DNA of 64,000 nucleotides from an uncultured virus (IMG/VR IMGVR_UViG_3300038960_000189) (taxonomy: Duplodnaviria; Heunggongvirae; Uroviricota; Caudoviricetes): IMG/VR virus record IMGVR_UViG_3300038960_000189; one strand, 5' to 3'. Positions 58,419-64,000 of this stretch are shown in pieces. The notes beneath the pieces were generated by a model. It saw only the letters and a list, made by a program, of their open reading frames with translations, was not told where the DNA came from and ran no database searches. Each line of letters starts with the position of its first letter. Within the stretch, counting starts at the first letter, position 1. Position numbers and translations under genes: made by a program.

Positions 58419-59365
58419 ATATTATCTATTTCATTATTACAATAGTTACATATAAGATCCATTGATTCATTTAATACGTAATTATCTAACTTTGGTATGT
58501 AATAATTTAGTGCATCTTTTAAGTCATCAAATATTTGTATGTAATATTTAATATCTTTTTTATTTAAATATCGCTTACCGCCCCATAGATGAAATAAACT
58601 TGAGTCTAATTCATTAATAGCATTTTCAACGCTATTATTATATAATTGCGATTTAAAATTGCTAGAAAATGCAATAATATTTAAAATAGAATGACTAGTA
58701 TATTTTGGGTTTAATTCTAATAATACAGAAAGCCACCATTGCTCAATAACAATTTGAGCTCCAGATTCTATAAAATCTCTTGATAAATATTTTTTTGGTA
58801 TGTTATATATTCCTTTATTATCAGTAACAAATTCAAAGTAACGATCAATATATTTTTTTAATAAATTTAAATTGTTCCACACAGTAAATGCACAATTGAT
58901 AGGAACAGTTGATGAAAATGCATCAAGTTCTTTTTTGGACCATTTAAAATTATCTGGAGTTGATAAGTGATACGGCTTTGGATATATATATGGACTTTCT
59001 GTATGTAAAAATGCTATATCATAATTAAAAAAATTATCAATTGTTTTATGCCATACCAAGTCAGTATCTAACATACAAAATCTATCAGTTTGATGTTTCA
59101 TAACCCAAAGTTTTGGAGTAGCCCAAAATGTTTTATAATTGATTTGTTCTTTAGGTAATGTATCTAAAACATCGGTGTCAACAAAATCATATATTTGATC
59201 TAACTTAAAGTATTTGTATTGTTGTAATGTATCTGTGTCAGTATATAGATAAAATGGAATATTAGGATTCATTAATTTCCACTTAATAACACTCAATAAC
59301 TGTGTTAGTAATTCTAATCCTATAAATTTCTTATTATATTGTTTATATGAATGTATTGCTTTCAA
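58379..59365 (-). CDS. DUF6734-like / GT-A nucleotide-sugar transferase-like protein
   Basis: LYTD, FWATPKL, F.MLDTDL (DxD), IEQ, HLWG; promoter TTGAAA-N16-TATATT at 59375-59402. Confidence 0.6.
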   Translation of the reverse strand: MKAIHSYKQYNKKFIGLELLTQLLSVIKWKLMNPNIPFYLYTDTDTLQQYKYFKLDQIYDFVDTDVLDTLPKEQINYKTFWATPKLWVMKHQTDRFCMLDTDLVWHKTIDNFFNYDIAFLHTESPYIYPKPYHLSTPDNFKWSKKELDAFSSTVPINCAFTVWNNLNLLKKYIDRYFEFVTDNKGIYNIPKKYLSRDFIESGAQIVIEQWWLSVLLELNPKYTSHSILNIIAFSSNFKSQLYNNSVENAINELDSSLFHLWGGKRYLNKKDIKYYIQIFDDLKDALNYYIPKLDNYVLNESMDLICNYCNNEIDNICLTKNGYISTNI

Positions 59366-59415
59366 TTATATAATAATATAAGAAAAAATATGATACTTTC
59401 AAAAGATAATAGATT

Positions 59416-59931
59416 TTAAGATGTAGTTCCCCACCTTTGTAACATTGAAGATTTTGCACTCATTGCTTGTTGTTTGTCTTTCATGAATCTGTCATCATCA
59501 ATTAAAACTTTTTCCCAATGTTCTTTAGCATCTGGATTTAATATAATTTTTACATTTCCAAATCTTCGTTTTGTTTCTTCTTTCCAATCTTCTAATGATT
59601 TCATATCTCCTATAACAGATGATGCGTCTGATGGATTTGGAAAATTTAATCCATCTCTATAAAATGGTCCTTCTTTACCATCCGGTTGCATTCTATCAAA
59701 ATGTTTATCATTAAAATGATCTTTTGATTTAAATGCTTTTACTAGATCGTCAAATTTCAATTGATCTAAATTAAATTCTTGTACATTTAAATTGCCAGTC
59801 ATTGGATTTCTATATAATCCTTGCATTATATCTGTTTCAGATGCATCTGGCAATTGTTGTTCTTTAACACGTCCAGCTCCTATACCAAAGCCTAGATATT
59901 TTTCTGATAGTAAAGATTTTAATTTAATCAT
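59416..59931 (-). CDS. MIKLK-leader protein
   Basis: MIKLKSLLSE. Confidence 0.6.
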   Translation of the reverse strand: MIKLKSLLSEKYLGFGIGAGRVKEQQLPDASETDIMQGLYRNPMTGNLNVQEFNLDQLKFDDLVKAFKSKDHFNDKHFDRMQPDGKEGPFYRDGLNFPNPSDASSVIGDMKSLEDWKEETKRRFGNVKIILNPDAKEHWEKVLIDDDRFMKDKQQAMSAKSSMLQRWGTTS

Positions 59932-59948
59932 TCGTATTCCTTGAATTT

Positions 59949-60932
59949 TTATGAAGGTGGAACATCCTCTACTCGATCAGCTTCTACCATATTAGTAGAA
60001 GTCATAGCATACTGAGAATTATCAAAACAATTTAATTCTGTCCAATTGGCTCCATCAAAACTACCGCTAGCACCATTTCCTCCAAACTGCCACCAAGCAA
60101 TTCCATTTGCTACTTGTGAATGTTCATTTAAATCTGTAGGTGTACCTCCATTGTATAACTCATTAATTTCATCTTGGGTGAAAGCTGTATTCCAAAGTGA
60201 CATATTTTGCAGTGAGCCTGAATAAGGATCTATAGTATTAACTGTGCTTCCTTGCGATGTTCCTACTGTAGGAACTACATTTCCATAGCCTATTTCAGTA
60301 CTATTAGCAAAACTACCGCTACCTTTTAACTCACCATTAAGATAAATACTCCCTGTACCATCTAAAAATACCCCTACAACATGCTGCCATGTATTATCTA
60401 ATGGAGCTACATTAGTTCTTGCTCGAATGGGAGTTTGACCTGATTTTCTTAGTTCAAAGTTCCATCTTCCTTCGGGAGGATTAATAGTACTGCCAAAATC
60501 ATCATGCATTAAAATGAATCCATTAGATGAATTAGCATTGTCAATTATGGTACCATCATCGGGAGGCTCTACTATGAAAGGTTTAGCCCAAACTGATAAA
60601 GTAAAATTATTAGCCGGAGATAATGCAGCATTTTTTGGAGTTGTAAACCTAGGTAAAACTGCAGGATCAGGATATGGATATGGACCCGGATCAAATAAAA
60701 ATGAATATTGATTATTATATGATGGAGTTGGAGTAGGTGATTCTGTAGGATCATCACCACTAGTCCTACTACTATATAATGTTGATGTAGATACATCAGT
60801 AAATGATTCAATTAATTGTTTTCTATGATTTATAGATTTTTCATTAGCTATATTAAATAACCGTAGTTGCTCTTCTAAGGGTAAAGTTTTAATATAAGGT
60901 CGTAACGTGAAATATTTCCAATCGATTGCCAT
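59949..60932 (-). CDS. LamG-domain protein
   Basis: FTLSVWAK, WQHVVGV..IYLNG, YSGSL.N.SLWN..EINELYNGG; late motif at 60953-60960. Confidence 0.75.
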   Translation of the reverse strand: MAIDWKYFTLRPYIKTLPLEEQLRLFNIANEKSINHRKQLIESFTDVSTSTLYSSRTSGDDPTESPTPTPSYNNQYSFLFDPGPYPYPDPAVLPRFTTPKNAALSPANNFTLSVWAKPFIVEPPDDGTIIDNANSSNGFILMHDDFGSTINPPEGRWNFELRKSGQTPIRARTNVAPLDNTWQHVVGVFLDGTGSIYLNGELKGSGSFANSTEIGYGNVVPTVGTSQGSTVNTIDPYSGSLQNMSLWNTAFTQDEINELYNGGTPTDLNEHSQVANGIAWWQFGGNGASGSFDGANWTELNCFDNSQYAMTSTNMVEADRVEDVPPS

Positions 60933-61110
60933 TGTTTTAATTTTTCTTTATAATAAATATGAGCCTACAAAAAATGATTAGTACGTTAGTACGCTAATTA
61001 GAACGCTAGTAAGTACGCCCTTTCAGGTCATACACTACCGGTCCATTAACCATCCTATCAAACAAAACAATAGCCATCCTCCAGCTATTGTGAGTATCAT
61101 TAAATCTTGC

Positions 61111-61377
61111 TCAGTCATCTTCTTGCTTCTTATATGTGTTATCCTTGGTTAATGTGTAGACTATTAAACCCACTATTCCATGAAGAAATATTTTGCTCAT
61201 ACCGTCGGGCATACTAAGGTCTCCTAGGTATATTGCATATATGTACATAATGCATGCCACCAGATTTATCCCAATAACAAAATCGATAAAATGCCTTTGT
61301 ACACGCTGCAAATGCCAGTACTTCTTTAGTATGAAAAATGCAATGATCCATATGGCGATTTCTATTAGAAAAGTCAT
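61111..61377 (-). CDS. small membrane protein
   Basis: Three hydrophobic segments; late motif at 61418-61425. Confidence 0.55.
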   Translation of the reverse strand: MTFLIEIAIWIIAFFILKKYWHLQRVQRHFIDFVIGINLVACIMYIYAIYLGDLSMPDGMSKIFLHGIVGLIVYTLTKDNTYKKQEDD

Positions 61378-61508
61378 TTCAGATGAACTGTGGTTTAAAG
61401 GGTTACGTGGCTTTATTATAAATATGTCTATAGAGCTGAAATATTTATGGCGGAGTCTGGGGACGATCTGAAATCGTCACCATGGAAACTTCAATGGCCG
61501 GAACATGA

Positions 61509-61607
61509 CTATTTATTGGATTCTTTTTTCATGATATACCAAGCTATCCTAGCTACTAGATATGTTAACAGTATTATTTGTATTTCTAGTATAATGTTTG
61601 GTATCAT
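61509..61607 (-). CDS. very small membrane peptide (32 aa)
   Basis: Not in track. MIPNIILEIQIILLTYLVARIAWYIMKKESNK. Confidence 0.35.
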   Translation of the reverse strand: MIPNIILEIQIILLTYLVARIAWYIMKKESNK

Positions 61608-61619
61608 ACGTGTTATATA

Positions 61620-62006
61620 TTATACTTTGGTTAATTTTAGAGTTTTAAGTACTTTTTGAATCACTGTAGGCATTTTTGACTTCATAGGAGACAAATCGAT
61701 TTCACGTTCTCCTTTGGTTAACTTTGATTCCATATCCTTTATGAAGTTCATATCATCAATAACAGAGGTAGATGGCTCGCCGTCGTTGTCATATGTTAAC
61801 GTGACACTACCATCTGCATTTTGTTTTAATCCTAATATATCAACTGGGCCATCTCCAAGTCCGAATGGAAGCGATGTATCTGCTACTAATTTATATCTAT
61901 TAGGCCCGGCTACTATTTCACCTCCAATTGCCTTGATAGGAGCAGGTTCATTTTGTTCTAGAAGATTCTTGGTTCTAAATCTTCGCATATTTTCTCGTAG
62001 GCTCAT
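61620..62006 (-). CDS. hypothetical protein with ...KNLLEQ leader
   Basis: MSLRENMRRFRTKNLLEQ; AAGGA SD; late motif at 62038-62045. Confidence 0.6.
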   Translation of the reverse strand: MSLRENMRRFRTKNLLEQNEPAPIKAIGGEIVAGPNRYKLVADTSLPFGLGDGPVDILGLKQNADGSVTLTYDNDGEPSTSVIDDMNFIKDMESKLTKGEREIDLSPMKSKMPTVIQKVLKTLKLTKV

Positions 62007-62154
62007 TTTAAATCCTTATATAGTTCCTTAATATAATATAAATATGACACAATAAGTATATATGCCCATATATTCGATAAAGAGCACCTATATAGCAAAA
62101 AATCTATGCTCACAATAAAAATTGGTATTACGACACCATCCTCCGCTGGATGAA

Positions 62155-62298
62155 GGGGGGCGTTAACGAAACCACCCCCTACCCCCCTGGTTTGACCCCT
62201 ATAGCCCCCGGTTTGCCCCACCCTACCCCTTGTTCTACCCTAGCCCCCTTTGTTATACCCTATACCCTAGAACAGTAGAATAGACCCGGGGTCTTATT
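62155..62298. repeat. C-tract-rich non-coding island (G-tracts on minus strand) with palindromes
   Basis: Eleven C3-C6 runs in 62175-62267; G6 at 62155-62160; CGTTAACG and AGACCC-G-GGGTCT palindromes. Confidence 0.85.
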
Positions 62299-62363
62299 AA
62301 AAGGAGTCCCGAGTCTATCTTGCTAGCTCTCCTCTATCGGCTAGCTCTATATTATATACTATA

Positions 62364-62720
62364 CTATGCTGCCTTAGTTATCTTAGTATGATCCTTGCCT
62401 TGCTTGTCCTTCACCACACTAATGAAACAATCAATGTCTGAGTAATGTATTCTACCTCTCGTCTTCTTACCGAACATATCATAATTGTAATAATCCATAC
62501 TAGTATCTCCTATACGTCTTAGTGTTACTGAGTCAACATATATATACTCTCCTGTCTTGCTATGACAATGATATCTTCTTAGTCTATGGAAGGTACCTTT
62601 GTCATCCATCTTTACGCTGAACACTCCGTCCGTGTAACTGTAATACTTCTTTTTGTTGAACTTGAAATACATTCCGCTTTCAATATTCGCTCTTGTGTCA
62701 TTTACTTTTTTCTTTGCCAT
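62364..62720 (-). CDS. hypothetical protein (probably early)
   Basis: 118-aa ORF behind copy 1 of the duplicated promoter. Confidence 0.65.
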   Translation of the reverse strand: MAKKKVNDTRANIESGMYFKFNKKKYYSYTDGVFSVKMDDKGTFHRLRRYHCHSKTGEYIYVDSVTLRRIGDTSMDYYNYDMFGKKTRGRIHYSDIDCFISVVKDKQGKDHTKITKAA

Positions 62721-62790
62721 ATCTTTTAATTTTAATTATTTCTTAAATATAAGGAAAAGATCAACACGAGTCAACCTTTTCCTTACTTTT
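62721..62790 (-). promoter_or_regulatory. early promoter/operator, copy 1
   Basis: TTGACT-N17-TATATT(TA) with 10-bp inverted repeat TAAGGAAAAG/CTTTTCCTTA. Confidence 0.75.
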
Positions 62791-62804
62791 ATTTTGAGAT
62801 ATAA

Positions 62805-63755
62805 TTACGCTTTAACTATCTGCTCAGCTACCATACTTTCACAATCTTCAAAACCCATTGCACATATCCTGCTAGCCTTTATAAAGCTTCTCAAGTTAAT
62901 CTCTACTCCGTCATACTTAGCTTCCAAGTCTTTCATAATCTTCAAAGCCTTTTCTTTAACCTCAACGGGAATCTTAGTTTCCATATCATCCATTAAGTCA
63001 TCTATCCTTTTAAACATCTGCTCCGTGTTCATACTAATATCACTTACAAAGCTTCTACTCTTAATTGCCTCATCTAACTTGCTTTGCGCAATATTAGAGA
63101 TGAATATAATTTTACCAGTAAACTCAAAGTGACGGGGAACCGGATCACCATACGTGTCTTTCAACGGCTTAGTACTAATATAGCTAAGCTTTCTAGTGTC
63201 ATAGCTGTCAAGTGCTGCCTTCAATATATTAACGGCATCGTCATCTTTAAACACGCTATCACAATCATCCAACACAATAATCTTATCACAATTCTCATAC
63301 AGCGTTACAAACAAACCAGCTGCCGTAGCTCTACCTTTAAAGTGCACAAACTGCTTAGCTTCTTCAAGTCCCATATTAGTCAATGTCTTCTTAACCAAAT
63401 AAGTCTTACCTAATCCAGCGCCTCCTGTAATAACTAGCGACGGCTGTATACCTCTACCTACCATCTTAGTCAATCTCTCTAAATTAGAGAACATTACTTT
63501 CGGATCTCTCTTTTCAACAACAGTCATAAAGCTTAGCTTTTGCGGAGCACCTTCCTTAGCCTTACTGCCTACCACAGCATTGTCTAATCTAGTTACTCTA
63601 CCCGTCTCGGGATTAACTGCCAATACTTGCTTATTCTTCTCAGCGTTGCGAATTTGAATATAGCGGATTAAACTTTCTGGAGCTATGCTCCCGGTATCAA
63701 TATTCTTTGCTACCAATTTTCCTTTTAGCCTTACCGGCTCATAAATATTACTCAT
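62805..63755 (-). CDS. AAA+/P-loop ATPase
   Basis: GGAGLGKT Walker A, IIVLDDCD Walker B, IIFISN sensor 1, AIKSR arginine finger. Confidence 0.85.
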   Translation of the reverse strand: MSNIYEPVRLKGKLVAKNIDTGSIAPESLIRYIQIRNAEKNKQVLAVNPETGRVTRLDNAVVGSKAKEGAPQKLSFMTVVEKRDPKVMFSNLERLTKMVGRGIQPSLVITGGAGLGKTYLVKKTLTNMGLEEAKQFVHFKGRATAAGLFVTLYENCDKIIVLDDCDSVFKDDDAVNILKAALDSYDTRKLSYISTKPLKDTYGDPVPRHFEFTGKIIFISNIAQSKLDEAIKSRSFVSDISMNTEQMFKRIDDLMDDMETKIPVEVKEKALKIMKDLEAKYDGVEINLRSFIKASRICAMGFEDCESMVAEQIVKA

Positions 63756-63824
63756 ATCTCTTAATTTAATTATTTCTTAAATATAAGGAAAAAATCAATG
63801 CGAGTCAACCTTTTCCTTATATTT
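63756..63824 (-). promoter_or_regulatory. early promoter/operator, copy 2
   Basis: Near-identical to 62721-62790; 14-bp inverted repeat at 63779-63792 and 63811-63824. Confidence 0.75.
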
Positions 63825-63837
63825 TTTTCAACTTTTT

Positions 63838-64000
63838 TTAAATGTTTTTTTCTGAAAACAACAATAATTTTTGAAGATCCTTTTTGGCTTTCTTCGAAGT
63901 GGATCCAGCTCCCAGGTGAAAATTCATATGTATACTATTATTGTAATCTGCCTGGGTGATGTTATCTCCCAACGCTCCTTTTAGATGTGGGAACCGTTCA
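63838..64000 (-). CDS. 3' end of a hypothetical gene entering from beyond the window
   Basis: Open frame ERFPHLKGALGDNITQADY...LLLFSEKNI ending TAA at 63838. Confidence 0.45.
   Translation of the reverse strand, partial: ERFPHLKGALGDNITQADYNNSIHMNFHLGAGSTSKKAKKDLQKLLLFSEKNI

Larger units (their letters stand above)
3941..62045 (-). promoter_or_regulatory. dispersed late-promoter motif ATATTTAT (coding strand), ~20 intergenic copies
   Basis: Plus-strand ataaatat at 3941, 6847, 10393, 12183, 16095, 18177, 21053, 27559, 29705, 31649, 38816, 41645, 43963, 47225, 53101, 56474, 57853, 60953, 61418 and 62038, each just upstream of a start codon. Confidence 0.8.

Noticed and set aside
52095..59931. 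MIKLK leaders as DNA recombination (attC/shufflon-like) repeats
   Set aside because: Nucleotide identity is broken at synonymous positions and no recombinase is nearby, so conservation is better explained at the peptide level; occasional recombination cannot be excluded
29874..60811. Nested minus-strand ORFs 29874..30113, 37355..37537, 47282..47635 and 60572..60811
   Set aside because: Alternate-frame ORFs wholly inside better-supported genes
62003..62221. 72-aa ORF starting in the C-tract island
   Set aside because: Its Gly-rich start is simply a translation of the G-tracts, and it overlaps the late promoter of the next gene; probably non-coding
908..63413. All plus-strand ORFs in the track (e.g. 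6398..6760, 15434..15731, 18707..19180, 36344..36676, 61447..61659, 62653..63132)
   Set aside because: Antisense shadows of well-supported minus-strand genes, with low-complexity Ser/Phe/Leu-rich translations and no recognisable motifs
63905..63995. CCCAGG...CCTGGG and TCCCA...TGGGA stems as a tRNA or ncRNA
   Set aside because: No cloverleaf or T-loop, and the stretch lies in an open minus-strand frame; no tRNA was recognised anywhere in the window
1..64000. Alternative genetic code (stop-codon recoding) as in some large Bacteroidota phages
   Set aside because: Standard code gives dense, full-length genes, and TAA, TAG and TGA all serve as stops; the portal break is a frame change, not an in-frame stop

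Overview
AT-rich segment of a large T4-like (myovirus-type) phage genome with essentially all genes on the minus strand. It is a metagenomic scaffold with five 10-N gaps. It holds neck/tail-completion genes (gp15/gp14/gp13-like), a head module (gp23, gp22, gp21, split gp20 portal, gp17 terminase) with a ribosomal protein bS21 gene inside it, and a fused Mre11-Rad50, a primase and a T7 endonuclease I-like gene. A baseplate/tail block (gp6, gp25, gp5-like, LamG proteins), a gp55-like sigma factor, Hsp20 and a variable accessory region follow. The host is probably Bacteroidota (bS21 type, DUF4494, Hc1-like histone, signal peptides followed by Gln). The main finding is a family of at least nine unrelated proteins sharing a ~10-aa N-terminal leader, MIKLK(D/E)(I/L)Lx(E/D). 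It resembles a T4-style capsid-targeting peptide and is attached to swappable cargoes: a pre-toxin-TG plus ADP-ribosyltransferase-like protein, a caspase-like protease, an OmpA-like domain, basic proteins and, via a leader variant, a kinase. This suggests a virion-packaged polymorphic effector system. Also seen: about 20 copies of an ATATTTAT late-promoter motif, inverted repeats bracketing hsp20, several structured-RNA candidates, and a C-tract/G-quadruplex island next to duplicated operator-promoters at a compositional boundary near 62 kb. All family assignments come from motif recognition by eye, not database searches.
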